This document shows positions 8,127 to 17,150 of a DNA stretch of 36,452 bases, piece after piece. The stretch comes from an uncultured Methanosarcinales archaeon (lineage in GTDB: Archaea; Nanobdellota; Nanobdellia; Woesearchaeales; CG1-02-33-12), in contig CAYWLA010000002.1 in assembly GCA_964458955.1 (NCBI GenBank), forward strand, positions 1 to 36,452. Direction: 5' to 3'. A model generated the notes under the pieces. The model saw nothing but the letters and a program-made list of their open reading frames with translations. It had not been told where the DNA came from and made no database searches. The number at the start of each line of letters is the position of its first letter. Position 1 is the stretch's first letter. The position numbers and the translations under genes are program-made.

Positions 8127-8167
8127 TTTATACCTTTTTGTATATTAGTATATAATTTATTAAGAAA

Positions 8168-9412
8168 CTAGTATATAAACATTTCTATTTTTTTGACTTT
8201 TTCCTTAAGGTATTTGGTTTTTTTCAGGAATTTAATCAGCTCTTCTGGCTTTCTAAATTCTCTTTTTACCTTTGCGCAGATTCTTTTGCCCTGAATAAAT
8301 GTTTCCCTGTGCTTTTTCATGAATGCATTAACATTTTCCTTGTTTTGGATTGGAGGCCCAAGCCTGTTAGAATATTCAGAAAGAACTTCATCCTTAAGAA
8401 TAAACCAGAATAAGACTTTTTTTTTCTTGTCCCATTTCCATCCTTTCTCATAAATGCTAAATTCATTTAGAACAAGATTTTTGTCCACATAATTAAATGC
8501 CTTCAATAGTTTAGAGCCAACAACATCCTCTTTTCCATCAAGTGCCTTAACATCAAGCAAAACAAGCTTTTTGCCCTTTGACTTGTCTTTAAGCTCTTTA
8601 ACAGTAATTTCTTTTTTCTCAAAAAATCTCTTTGACGATTTTTTTAAAAAGCTCTCTGCAGATTTCTTAAACAAAATGAAATTTTCCTTGCTTAAAACAG
8701 AAGCAGCATTTCTCTCTGGCTGGATAGGGTCTATCACAATAAGAGGGCCTAGTTTTGACTTGTTCAGCCTTTCCAAAGCGCTTCCATCATAGTAATTATT
8801 AAAGTCAACAACCTCTTGCTCCTTCCATTTAAGGGCATTTTTCAATAAAGGAATAAATCCCTTATAATAAATTACCAATATATCAAGAACATGGCCGGAA
8901 AATCCCCTCATGTATGACTCTGCTCCATAAATATTGCATGATTTGCAAAATGCTTTTGCTAATCTTATATCATCTGCTAATTTTTGATTTTTATTTAAAT
9001 TATCCTTTACCCATTTCACATGCAATGGTGAGCAGTCTGTTATATTCATCGCCTGCTCTGCTTTTTTTATATCCAAAACAGGAATAATCTCAAAATTTAT
9101 TCCATTTGATTTGAAATTAAAATAATCCCTTGAGCCATGAATCCTATTAACCATTGGAAAAGTCTTAAGCACTTTCTCAAGCAAACCAGATATATCTTTT
9201 TTTTTGTAATTTAAATTAAACTTAACAAAGATATCGCAGTCATAATCATTTTTTAAGAATGTCCCTTTTGCTATAGAGCCGCCAAGAATAGCTATGGCCA
9301 TAATTTTGTTTTTTTTAATCCTGGAGTTTATACTGCCTAAAACAATAGTGCATTTATCAACTGCACCTTTTTCTGGCCTTAATTCTTCAATAACCTGCTT
9401 TAAAAGTTCCAT
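8168..9412 (-). CDS. cca: CCA-adding enzyme (archaeal class I tRNA nucleotidyltransferase)
   Basis: The Pol-beta NTase motif GGSIAKGTFLKNDYDCDIFV is present, the length is ~415 aa and the archaeal-type body domains follow. ATG 9412 is preferred over TTG 9424. Both tRNAs in the window lack an encoded CCA. Confidence 0.8.
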   Translation of the reverse strand: MELLKQVIEELRPEKGAVDKCTIVLGSINSRIKKNKIMAIAILGGSIAKGTFLKNDYDCDIFVKFNLNYKKKDISGLLEKVLKTFPMVNRIHGSRDYFNFKSNGINFEIIPVLDIKKAEQAMNITDCSPLHVKWVKDNLNKNQKLADDIRLAKAFCKSCNIYGAESYMRGFSGHVLDILVIYYKGFIPLLKNALKWKEQEVVDFNNYYDGSALERLNKSKLGPLIVIDPIQPERNAASVLSKENFILFKKSAESFLKKSSKRFFEKKEITVKELKDKSKGKKLVLLDVKALDGKEDVVGSKLLKAFNYVDKNLVLNEFSIYEKGWKWDKKKKVLFWFILKDEVLSEYSNRLGPPIQNKENVNAFMKKHRETFIQGKRICAKVKREFRKPEELIKFLKKTKYLKEKVKKIEMFIY

Positions 9413-9528
9413 ACACTTATCCAAAGCTGTTTTCTATAAAAGTTTTGTGTTTTAGGTTAACCAAAAGCTATATATAGAAGCAATATTTCAATGTTTTAGT
9501 TAAAAATTATAAAAAGAGGATTTAATTA

Positions 9529-12500
9529 ATGACAAGGATTAATAAACTCGTAATCAGGGGATTTAAGTCATTTGCAAAAAAAACAGAATTTGTTTTCAGC
9601 AATAATTTTAACTGCGTTCTTGGTCCAAATGGCTCTGGTAAATCAAATGTAATGGATGCATTATGTTTTGTTCTTGGAAGGATGAGCTCAAAAAGCCTTA
9701 GAGCTGAAAAGTCTGCAAACCTCATATACAATGGCGGAAAAAAAGGGGCTCCTGCTAAAAATGGAGAGGTAAGCATATATTTTGATAATTCCAGCAAAAT
9801 ATTCCCATCTAACTTACCAGAGGTTAAAATTACAAGGATTGTAAATAAAACTGGAGCAAGTGTTTACAAAATAAATGATGAAAGAAGAACACGGCAGCAG
9901 GTTCTTGACATGATGTCTGTTGCAGCAGTTGACCCAGATGGCTATAATATAATCCTGCAGGGAGATATAAACAAGTTTGTTGAGATGTCTCCTGAGCAGA
10001 GGAGATTAGTGGTTGAGGAGATAGCAGGAATTTCAATATATGAAGACAAAAAAAAGAAAGCCCTTAATGAGCTTGATAAGGTTGAGGGCAAGCTAAATGA
10101 AGCTGACATAATACTTGCGGAAAGGCAGACATACCTAAAAGAACTAAAATCAGAACGTGACCAGGCTTTAAAGTACAAAAAGATGAGTGACAACATAAAG
10201 CAGAACAAGGCAACATACCTTAATATCCAGGTAATAAAAAAAGAAGATAACCAAAAAAAATTTGAATCTGAGATTAAGGCATGCAGCGATAAAATAAAAG
10301 ATATTCAGGATAAGATAAAGAACCTAAAGAAAACAGTTTCTGATAAAAGAAATGAAATAAACAATATAACAAAAGAAATTGAAGAAAAGGGGGAGAAAGA
10401 TCAGCTTGATATGCAGAAAAAGGTTGAGCAGTTAAGGGTTGATATTGAGACAAACAAAACAAGGATAGCAACATGCGGGAATGAGCTTGTAAAGATTGAC
10501 TCAAGAAAAGACCGGCTGCAAAAAGACCTTACAGAAATTCATGAAAAAATTGATAGCCTGATATCAGAAAAATCAAAGCTGGAAAAAATAAAAAAAGGCA
10601 AAAATGAAAATGTTCTAGAACTTGAGGACTCTATAAAGAATTTCAAGAAAAAACATAAGGTAGACAACCTGGATGATATTGAAAAAGAGATTGGAGAAGT
10701 TGAAAAACAGGAGGAAGAAGGGCAAAGAGAAATACAAATTCTCAGGGAGAAACAGCAGGAACTTCTAAGGGAAAAGGACAGGGTTGAATATCAAATCCAA
10801 AATATCGAAGCTGCAATGCAAAAGGTCTTTGATGTTGAGAAAGAAAACAAAGAAGATATGGAGAACCTAAATGAAAAGAAAAATGATTTCAAGAAAAAAA
10901 CACTTGATCTCAATAAGTTCTTAAATGAGGACTCGTCACTTGCAGCCCAATTAGCAAAATCAAATGATAACCTATTATCCGCAAAAGGGGAGCTTGAAAG
11001 ATTAAAAGTAAAAAATATTGGAATAACTGAAAAAGCATCAGCAAACATTGCTGTTAAAAGCATCCTTGAGCAAAAAAACAAGATTAATGGAATTTATGGA
11101 ACTGTTGCTGGATTAGGCCATGTGTCTGCAAAATACTCCATGGCTTTAGAGGTTGCAGCTGGCTCAAGAATACAGAGCATCATAGTTGAAGATGATAAGG
11201 TTGCTGAAACATGCATAAAATACCTTAAAAATAACAGTCTTGGAGTTGCAAATTTTCTGCCATTAAACAAGATAAAAGGGGCAACACCAGATAATGATGT
11301 GAAAAAAGTATTGTCTTCAAACGGAGTTCACAATCTAGCAATAGAGCTTGTTTCGTTTGACAGCAAATTCAAAAAAGCATTCTCTTATGTCTTTGGAAAA
11401 ACAATAGTTGTTGACAACATCAATGTTGCCAGGCGAATTGGAATAGGAAGCTACAGGATGGTCACCCTTGAGGGGGATTTGATTGAAACAAGCGGCTCAA
11501 TGCAGGGTGGTTACAGGAAAAAATCAAGAATAAACTTCCAGCAGGAAGATTTGACAAAAGACTTGCAGGAGTGCGAGAAAAAAGTGAATGATCTTCAGGA
11601 GGTTTTTGACATTCTCCATCGCCGCAGGTCAGAAGTCGAGGAAAATATCACTAAACTAAGAAATGAAAAATCATCTCTTGAAGGAGAGATAATAAAACTG
11701 GAAAAAAGCCTCCATCTTGAAACAGGAGACACAGAGGCCTCAGGAAAGCAAAAAAATAACTTAAAAGACAACTTAAAAGAAATTGATAATCAGATAGCTG
11801 GTACAGAAAAACACATAGAAGGAAGCAACAAAAATCTGGCATCAATAAAAACAAAAAAACAGGAACTGAGAATAAAAATCAGTGGATTGAGAAACCCAAC
11901 ATTGCTTGCTGAGCTTAACACATTTGAAGATAAAAAGCAGGAAATAAAGAATGAGATTCTTGAGATTGACTCAAAGGTAAGCAGCATTAGCATGCAGATA
12001 AATGACATACTGAAGAGGGATGAAGAAAATATAGGGAAGATACTCAAAGAGCAGGAAAAGGAAAAAAAGGATTTCTCAGCAGAGCTCGGGCAGATAAAAG
12101 AAAGGATAAAAAAACAGAAAGAAGAGCTGGTTAAAAAAGAGGAAATCCAGAAAGAGTTCAGGACAAAGTTTAAGGAATTGTTCAGGAAAAGGGATAATAT
12201 CAATAATGAAATCCTTAAGAGTGAAAGTGAGATAATGAACAAAGAGGACCAAAACAGGGGCACTGAAACAAATATGAACAATCTCTCGATGAAAAATGTT
12301 GAGGTTAAGGCAGAGCTTGCAGGATTGAAAAAAGAATCTGAGCAGTATGAGGATGTTGAGCTGCTAGAAGAAAAAAGTGAGGAATCACTCAAAAGGGAAA
12401 TTAACAGGTTTGAGGCACTTATCGGAGAGTTTGGTGCTGTAAACATGAGGGCCCTGGAAGTTTATGACAACATAGAAAAAGAATATAAAAAATTGCTTGA

Positions 12501-13020
12501 TAAAAAGGATCTGCTTGCATCAGAGAAAAAAGATGTTATTGCTATGATAGATGAGGTTGAGAACAAGAAAAAAGAGCTGTTTATGGTTACCTTTGATGCA
12601 GTTAATGAAAACTTCAAAAATATTTTTTCTAAGCTTACCTCAAAAGGAGCTGCATCAATTGTTTTAGAAAATGAGAAAGAGCCTTTTGAAGGGGGATTAA
12701 GAGTAAAAGTTAAAATAACAGGAAGTAGGTTTATGGATATACATTCATTATCAGGTGGAGAAAAAAGCCTTACAGCACTGGCGTTCATATTTTCAATCCA
12801 GGATTATAAGCCAGCATTATTTTATGTGCTTGATGAGGTTGATGCTGCACTTGACAAGCATAATTCAGAAAAGCTTGCAAAACTTATCATGAAATATTCT
12901 GAACAAGCGCAGTATATTGTAATATCACACAATGACAGCATAATAACAGAAGCAGATACACTTTATGGTGTTTCCATGGGTGCTAATGGGGTAAGCAATG
13001 TTACAAGCCTGAAGATATAA
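9529..13020 (+). CDS. smc: SMC chromosome segregation ATPase
   Basis: It has Walker A GPNGSGKSN, two long coiled-coil arms, a hinge (GIYGTVAGLGHV...ALEVAAGSRIQSIIVEDD), the signature LSGGEKSLTALAF and Walker B FYVLDEVDAALD. Length is 1163 aa. Confidence 0.95.
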   Translation: MTRINKLVIRGFKSFAKKTEFVFSNNFNCVLGPNGSGKSNVMDALCFVLGRMSSKSLRAEKSANLIYNGGKKGAPAKNGEVSIYFDNSSKIFPSNLPEVKITRIVNKTGASVYKINDERRTRQQVLDMMSVAAVDPDGYNIILQGDINKFVEMSPEQRRLVVEEIAGISIYEDKKKKALNELDKVEGKLNEADIILAERQTYLKELKSERDQALKYKKMSDNIKQNKATYLNIQVIKKEDNQKKFESEIKACSDKIKDIQDKIKNLKKTVSDKRNEINNITKEIEEKGEKDQLDMQKKVEQLRVDIETNKTRIATCGNELVKIDSRKDRLQKDLTEIHEKIDSLISEKSKLEKIKKGKNENVLELEDSIKNFKKKHKVDNLDDIEKEIGEVEKQEEEGQREIQILREKQQELLREKDRVEYQIQNIEAAMQKVFDVEKENKEDMENLNEKKNDFKKKTLDLNKFLNEDSSLAAQLAKSNDNLLSAKGELERLKVKNIGITEKASANIAVKSILEQKNKINGIYGTVAGLGHVSAKYSMALEVAAGSRIQSIIVEDDKVAETCIKYLKNNSLGVANFLPLNKIKGATPDNDVKKVLSSNGVHNLAIELVSFDSKFKKAFSYVFGKTIVVDNINVARRIGIGSYRMVTLEGDLIETSGSMQGGYRKKSRINFQQEDLTKDLQECEKKVNDLQEVFDILHRRRSEVEENITKLRNEKSSLEGEIIKLEKSLHLETGDTEASGKQKNNLKDNLKEIDNQIAGTEKHIEGSNKNLASIKTKKQELRIKISGLRNPTLLAELNTFEDKKQEIKNEILEIDSKVSSISMQINDILKRDEENIGKILKEQEKEKKDFSAELGQIKERIKKQKEELVKKEEIQKEFRTKFKELFRKRDNINNEILKSESEIMNKEDQNRGTETNMNNLSMKNVEVKAELAGLKKESEQYEDVELLEEKSEESLKREINRFEALIGEFGAVNMRALEVYDNIEKEYKKLLDKKDLLASEKKDVIAMIDEVENKKKELFMVTFDAVNENFKNIFSKLTSKGAASIVLENEKEPFEGGLRVKVKITGSRFMDIHSLSGGEKSLTALAFIFSIQDYKPALFYVLDEVDAALDKHNSEKLAKLIMKYSEQAQYIVISHNDSIITEADTLYGVSMGANGVSNVTSLKI

Positions 13021-14143
13021 CCTCCCTTAGCGCTTCCTCTATCCCTTCAGTTGTTTTATTCCAGTTATAAAATTCTATAATTGTCTTTCTTGCATTTTCC
13101 CCTATTTTTACCCTAAGTTTCTCGTCATCCAGCAGAACAGCCAGTTTTTTGGATAGTTCGTAAGGGTTTTGCTTATTAAAGAAAAATCCATTATAACTGT
13201 TTTTTATATAATTCTTAATGTAGCCTACTGGTGTTGAAACAACCGCAATACCACACGACATTGCTTCCATTGTGGATAAAGAAGATGTTTCTGTTAATGA
13301 TGGCATAACATAAATATCAATTGCCTGAAGATAAGGCACTATCTCCTCGGCATATTCAACGATAATTACATTCTTTTTTGACTCAAGCATTATTCTCAGT
13401 TCCTTAACCCCTTTTCCTATTATTAATAAAATAAGATTATCATATAGTTTCCTTAACCTAAGAAAAGCCCTGTAAAGTGTTACAAGATCTTTCTCGCGCC
13501 CAATTCTGCCACTGAATCCAATGACTACATGCTCTGGATTAATTCCTATTTTTTTCTTTGCATCCTTTTTGTTTTCTGCCGGCCTAAATTTAGATGTGTC
13601 TGCTCCAAGATGAACAACCTTTTTCTTTGTTCTTATGTTATGCCAATTTAGTATCTCTGCAACCTCACCTGAAGGGACAATAAGCAGGCTGCATCTGTTA
13701 TACAGGCATCTTGCAGCTGCCTTTGTAAAGAGGTTTATTGAATTCCTAAATGGATTTCTTCGAGAGATGCTCTTTGAGAATAGCTCCCATTCAATAGAAT
13801 GTATGTATGCTGCAAGGGGTTTTCTAAAAAATCTTGCAGCTAGTATCGCAGGAGCACCTATTGGGCCTATTGTCTGGGTCCAAACTATATCTGCTTGCTT
13901 AACAGCTTTTATAACTTTTCTAATGCAAAATTTAGCAGGGGTATAATCTCCGACACGGATTCTTGAAAGCGGTATTCTGATAATGTTAATATCCTTGAAC
14001 TCTGCCAGTTGGCCATTGAATCTTGGTGCAATAACAGTGATATCATAATCAGATGAAAGCTTAGGCAGGATTTCATTGAGAAATCTTGCAATACCATCCC
14101 ATCTTGGAAGAAAAGAGTCTGTTGCTATCAAAAGCTTTTTCAT
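13001..14143 (-). CDS. Glycosyltransferase family 4 (GT-B fold)
   Basis: The N-terminus KKLLIATDSFLPRWDGIARF and the C-terminal E-x7-E-type region (PSLTETSSLSTMEAMSCGIAVVST) are present. ATG 14143 overlaps the upstream stop as ATGA. Its 3' end overlaps smc convergently by 20 nt. Confidence 0.8.
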   Translation of the reverse strand: MKKLLIATDSFLPRWDGIARFLNEILPKLSSDYDITVIAPRFNGQLAEFKDINIIRIPLSRIRVGDYTPAKFCIRKVIKAVKQADIVWTQTIGPIGAPAILAARFFRKPLAAYIHSIEWELFSKSISRRNPFRNSINLFTKAAARCLYNRCSLLIVPSGEVAEILNWHNIRTKKKVVHLGADTSKFRPAENKKDAKKKIGINPEHVVIGFSGRIGREKDLVTLYRAFLRLRKLYDNLILLIIGKGVKELRIMLESKKNVIIVEYAEEIVPYLQAIDIYVMPSLTETSSLSTMEAMSCGIAVVSTPVGYIKNYIKNSYNGFFFNKQNPYELSKKLAVLLDDEKLRVKIGENARKTIIEFYNWNKTTEGIEEALREVISSGL

Positions 14144-14790
14144 TTTATTTTGTAAAATTTTTCTGCATATTTGCAATCATTTTTTAACCCGTTCATAAAC
14201 GCTGTTATATAAACTCCCAGATAAGGGGGCAGCATTGCAATAATCTGGCTCTTAAAGCAATGAAGTGCTTTGAGTTTTATCTTAAATGTATCACTTATAT
14301 CAATGTAAACCTTTGGAAGTTGCCTTTTTTTTATGTCAACTGCATTCCATACATCAAATCCAAGAAGGTCACCTTTATAGTTAATCTCATCAAGAGTTTT
14401 ATTTATAATTTTATAAACTGCCCTGTGGTCTTCATGCACATCATCAGGCACATGGGTGAATATTCTTGAAGGATTTTTTTCCTTCAAAAGTTTTTTTAAT
14501 TTGTCCTTAAGATTCTTGTTCTCAACTTCTTCAAAAAATTTTCCTTCTTTAATGCCAAAGAAAACAACTCCTGAGCCGCCAATTACCTCATCAGCTGCCT
14601 GTGCTTCTTTGACTCTTATCTCAACACTAACCCTTTTTTTAAGCCAAACATGGGAGGTTTCACCATATGAGAAAATAATTGTAAAGATTTCTTTTCCTTC
14701 TTTGGCATATTTGGCTAGTGTTCCGCCCGGCCCGAGTATCTGGTCATCAGAGTGCGCGCATATAACAAAGATGGATTCTTTTTTTTCCAT
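14140..14790 (-). CDS. PIG-L / LmbE-family N-acetylglucosaminyl deacetylase
   Basis: VICAHSDDQILGPGGTL (AHPDD-type zinc motif) and HEDH are present. Length is ~216 aa. Confidence 0.8.
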   Translation of the reverse strand: MEKKESIFVICAHSDDQILGPGGTLAKYAKEGKEIFTIIFSYGETSHVWLKKRVSVEIRVKEAQAADEVIGGSGVVFFGIKEGKFFEEVENKNLKDKLKKLLKEKNPSRIFTHVPDDVHEDHRAVYKIINKTLDEINYKGDLLGFDVWNAVDIKKRQLPKVYIDISDTFKIKLKALHCFKSQIIAMLPPYLGVYITAFMNGLKNDCKYAEKFYKIK

Positions 14791-14864
14791 AGAATTAATT
14801 AAAATGCGTTTATTAATTAAGCTTTCGTTTTATATGATTTCCGGAGATTTTCCGGCTTTTTATA

Positions 14865-14878
14865 AAAAGATTTAAATA
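14865..14878 (+). promoter_or_regulatory. BRE/TATA-like promoter (AAAAGATTTAAATA)
   Basis: It lies ~30 nt upstream of ATG 14903. Confidence 0.4.
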
Positions 14879-14902
14879 CTTTCATTATTTTAGAATAGTA
14901 AA

Positions 14903-15361
14903 ATGAGTCCAGCAAATTATATAGCTAGTAAAGAAACAAAAGATTCACATTCACTAACAGATATATTGAAGGGTATGTTGTATTATATACCCACAGAAAA
15001 GATTTTGGGTAGTCCAGTATATATAAATAGAACAATACATAAAATAAAACCAAATTATAGTTTATTAAATGATTTTATTTTTAGTGAAAAAGGGATTTCT
15101 TCTTTATCTCAAAAATTATTAGACGTTCTTTTTGGATTACTTCTAATAGGGGGAATATATTATCCATGGCCCTCTCTTCCACACTATAGTTCTATACTTA
15201 ATATAAGGCCTGGTTTTAAAAAAGTTATAAAGGAAGTAACCCTACTTAAGTTTAGTAAAGAAGAGTTAAAGCAGTTAGAAGAAATAGCCAATGACTATAT
15301 TTTGAAGCAACCTCCATATTCAAAATTAACAAGGATATTGATTCAAAATCTTCAAAATTAA
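14903..15361 (+). CDS. Hypothetical protein (orphan)
   Basis: A 152-aa ORF with a promoter box upstream and no motif I recognise. Its last 13 codons and stop lie inside a 32-bp tandem repeat. Confidence 0.45.
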   Translation: MSPANYIASKETKDSHSLTDILKGMLYYIPTEKILGSPVYINRTIHKIKPNYSLLNDFIFSEKGISSLSQKLLDVLFGLLLIGGIYYPWPSLPHYSSILNIRPGFKKVIKEVTLLKFSKEELKQLEEIANDYILKQPPYSKLTRILIQNLQN

Positions 15362-15395
15362 CAAGGATATTGATTCAAAATCTTCAAAATTAACA
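15321..15395. repeat. 32-bp perfect tandem repeat, ~2.3 copies (CAAAATTAACAAGGATATTGATTCAAAATCTT)
   Basis: Copies run 15321-15352, 15353-15384 and a partial third at 15385-15395. The repeat duplicates the 3' end of the 152-aa ORF. Confidence 0.9.
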
Positions 15396-15460
15396 ATTAA
15401 AATCATAAAAATTCTAGATCAAGTAAATTCTTTATTTAATTTTATATTTCTTAAAATAAG

Positions 15461-15534
15461 TGGGGCGACGGGAATTTGAATCCCGGACAACATGATCTTC
15501 AGTCATGTGCTCTCCCAGGCTGAGCTACCGCCCC
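15461..15534 (-). tRNA. tRNA-Phe (GAA)
   Basis: The reverse complement folds as a cloverleaf: acceptor GGGGCGG/TCGCCCC, D arm GCTC...GAGC, anticodon arm CATGA-CTGAAGA-TCATG (anticodon GAA), T arm CGGGA-TTCAAAT-TCCCG and discriminator A. No CCA is encoded. Confidence 0.9.
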
Positions 15535-15561
15535 ATAATAAGAATAAAATTAATTTAATTT

Positions 15562-15912
15562 TTATTCGACGTCTTCTTCAGCAGTTTCTTCTGAATCTGA
15601 TTCTGTCTCTGAGCTTTCATTTGCTTTGCCAACAACTTCTAAAGTGCCCTGCCTCCCTGTTGTTAGCTGAGGTGTGCCCTGCCATTCATTGACAAAACCA
15701 TTCTTAATCTGGACTGTGTCCCCGACTTTAATCTTGTCAATATCATCATTCCACAAGCTTAAATTTATTTCTCCGGTCTCATCCTTGAGTTTTGCAGTTG
15801 CAACCCTTCCGGTCTTTCCAAACTTGTTAAATTCCCTTACTTCGCCTACTTCAACAACCTCTGCTGTGAGGTCAACATTTCCCTGTTTTATTTCTAAATC
15901 TTTTATTGCCAT
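15562..15912 (-). CDS. ssb: Single-OB-fold ssDNA-binding protein with acidic C-terminal tail
   Basis: The OB core (VDLTAEVVEVGEVREFNKFGKTGRVATAKLKDETGEINLSLWNDD...) is followed by the acidic tail SSETESDSEETAEEDVE. This is the layout of short archaeal SSBs. GAAGGTG lies upstream. Confidence 0.7.
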   Translation of the reverse strand: MAIKDLEIKQGNVDLTAEVVEVGEVREFNKFGKTGRVATAKLKDETGEINLSLWNDDIDKIKVGDTVQIKNGFVNEWQGTPQLTTGRQGTLEVVGKANESSETESDSEETAEEDVE

Positions 15913-16087
15913 TTATTACACCTTCTATGTTTTATTTAAAGAAAACGCAGATGATTTAAAAAGCTTTTTATTTGTAATTTCTTGAATGCAAAATGTTTTT
16001 CATTATTTCTTCGTGAGTTATTAAACAGATTGTTATTTATCTGCAAACCTCAGTTTATAGTATTTTGACAATTTTTTATAAGAAAAC

Positions 16088-16103
16088 GAAAGATTTAAAT
16101 ATA
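16088..16103 (+). promoter_or_regulatory. BRE/TATA-like promoter (GAAAGATTTAAATATA) of the mntA-hepT operon
   Basis: It lies immediately upstream of the twin operators and ~30-45 nt from the candidate starts. Confidence 0.45.
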
Positions 16104-16141
16104 ACCTTTATTATGGTTATTATAACCTTAATTGAGGTTAT
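16101..16141. promoter_or_regulatory. Twin palindromic operators ATAACC-N8-GGTTAT x2
   Basis: The half-sites are ATAACC 16101-16106 / GGTTAT 16115-16120 and ATAACC 16122-16127 / GGTTAT 16136-16141. They span the predicted transcription start and the first codons of the antitoxin gene. Confidence 0.5.
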
Positions 16142-16656
16142 TTAAAATGAGCTTACTAAGATTTTTGAATTCAAATAAGAATGCCAGAAAAGTATTTGGC
16201 AAAAGGGAATTAAAGATAATTGAAAAGCAATTATTAGGGTTAAATTTAACACAATCAGAAAAAAACAGGCTTTCAAGGGATATAAGACAGAAACTTGAAT
16301 TTATTAAAGAAGCATCCAGATTTTCTGAAGAATTTAAGCTTAAGAAGGGATTTGAAATAAAAAAGGTGGTTGAAGAAGCAAAAAAAACTATTTTAAATGA
16401 TATTCTTTTTAGAAAGATTAAAAAAGTCTTATTATTTGGCTCTTTGGTTGAGAACAAATTCACTTTCAAATCTGACATAGATATAGCAGTAAAATTTGAT
16501 AATGTAAATATAAAGGAATCTGCCCTTTTTAGAAAAAGAATTTCAGGCAAAGTTAACCAAAAAGTAGATGTTCAAGTTTACAATCACCTGCCTAGCAAGA
16601 TTAAAAAAGAGATTGACAATAAGGGAAGAATATTATATAAAAATGAGAATAAATGA
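16132..16656 (+). CDS. mntA: MNT-type minimal nucleotidyltransferase (antitoxin MntA-like) with ~75-aa N-terminal extension
   Basis: The Pol-beta NTase motif LLFGSLVENKFTFKSDIDIAV is present. The start is either TTG 16132 or ATG 16147. The gene overlaps the downstream HEPN gene by 14 nt. Confidence 0.75.
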   Translation: MRLFKMSLLRFLNSNKNARKVFGKRELKIIEKQLLGLNLTQSEKNRLSRDIRQKLEFIKEASRFSEEFKLKKGFEIKKVVEEAKKTILNDILFRKIKKVLLFGSLVENKFTFKSDIDIAVKFDNVNIKESALFRKRISGKVNQKVDVQVYNHLPSKIKKEIDNKGRILYKNENK

Positions 16657-17056
16657 TAAAATAAGGGAAATTGAGAATTATCTTTCTGAATTAGAGGAGA
16701 TTATGCCAAAAAGTTTCCATGAGTATAAAACTGAATTGAAAACAAAGGCGGCCTGTGAAAGGTACTTTGAGAAGATTATAGAAGCAGTAATTGATTTAGC
16801 CTTTTTAATAATTAAGGATAAAGGATATAAGATTCCTGAAGAAGATAAAGAGGCATTTGATATTCTTGCACAAGAAAAAATTATTTCGCAAGAATTAGCT
16901 ATAAGATTTAAAGAAGCAAAAGGAATGAGGAATATAATAGCCCATCAATATGGGAAAACTGATGATGAATTAATTTTTCACTCAATTACACAAGAGTTAG
17001 AATCAGATGTAAATGAACTAATCAAATTTCTTAAGCATACCAAAAAATTGCAGTAA
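16643..17056 (+). CDS. hepT: HEPN-domain (DUF86) toxin HepT-like
   Basis: The R-x4-H HEPN motif RNIIAHQYG lies near the C-terminus. Length from ATG 16643 is ~137 aa, in the canonical position downstream of MNT. Confidence 0.8.
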   Translation: MRINDKIREIENYLSELEEIMPKSFHEYKTELKTKAACERYFEKIIEAVIDLAFLIIKDKGYKIPEEDKEAFDILAQEKIISQELAIRFKEAKGMRNIIAHQYGKTDDELIFHSITQELESDVNELIKFLKHTKKLQ

Positions 17057-17114
17057 GGAATCATAAAACAAGTTATATCTGCTTTAATGAATGTTATATC
17101 CAATTGAGTTTTTC

Positions 17115-17128
17115 AAAAGGTTTATATT
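17115..17128 (+). promoter_or_regulatory. BRE/TATA-like promoter (AAAAGGTTTATATT)
   Basis: It lies ~25 nt upstream of ATG 17151. Confidence 0.45.
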
Positions 17129-17150
17129 CTTTCAATTTTTTTAATTAATT

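Noticed and set aside
9522-12788. Numerous minus-strand ORFs (67-218 aa) within smc
   Set aside because: All lie antisense to an unambiguous SMC gene. Their low-complexity Ser/Leu/Phe composition mirrors the Lys/Glu-rich coiled coil.
2259-14143. ATGA start/stop overlaps (tfs/DUF167 at 2259-2263; PIG-L/GT4 at 14140-14143) as something unusual
   Set aside because: Four-base overlaps are ordinary translational coupling in compact prokaryotic operons. They are noted only as operon evidence.
13635-14875. Plus-strand ORFs antisense to the GT4 and PIG-L genes (103, 69 and 139 aa)
   Set aside because: The opposite-strand genes have clear family motifs. These ORFs have none and no initiation signals.
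15321-15395. 32-bp tandem repeat as a CRISPR array or tRNA-linked att site
   Set aside because: The copies are contiguous with no spacers, so it is not a CRISPR array. The repeat does not overlap the tRNA-Phe sequence, so it is not a classical tRNA att duplication. It is kept only as a tandem-duplication observation.
16128-16550. 140-aa minus-strand ORF opposite mntA
   Set aside because: It lies antisense to a motif-supported NTase gene, and its Phe/Ser/Leu-rich composition marks it as an artefact.
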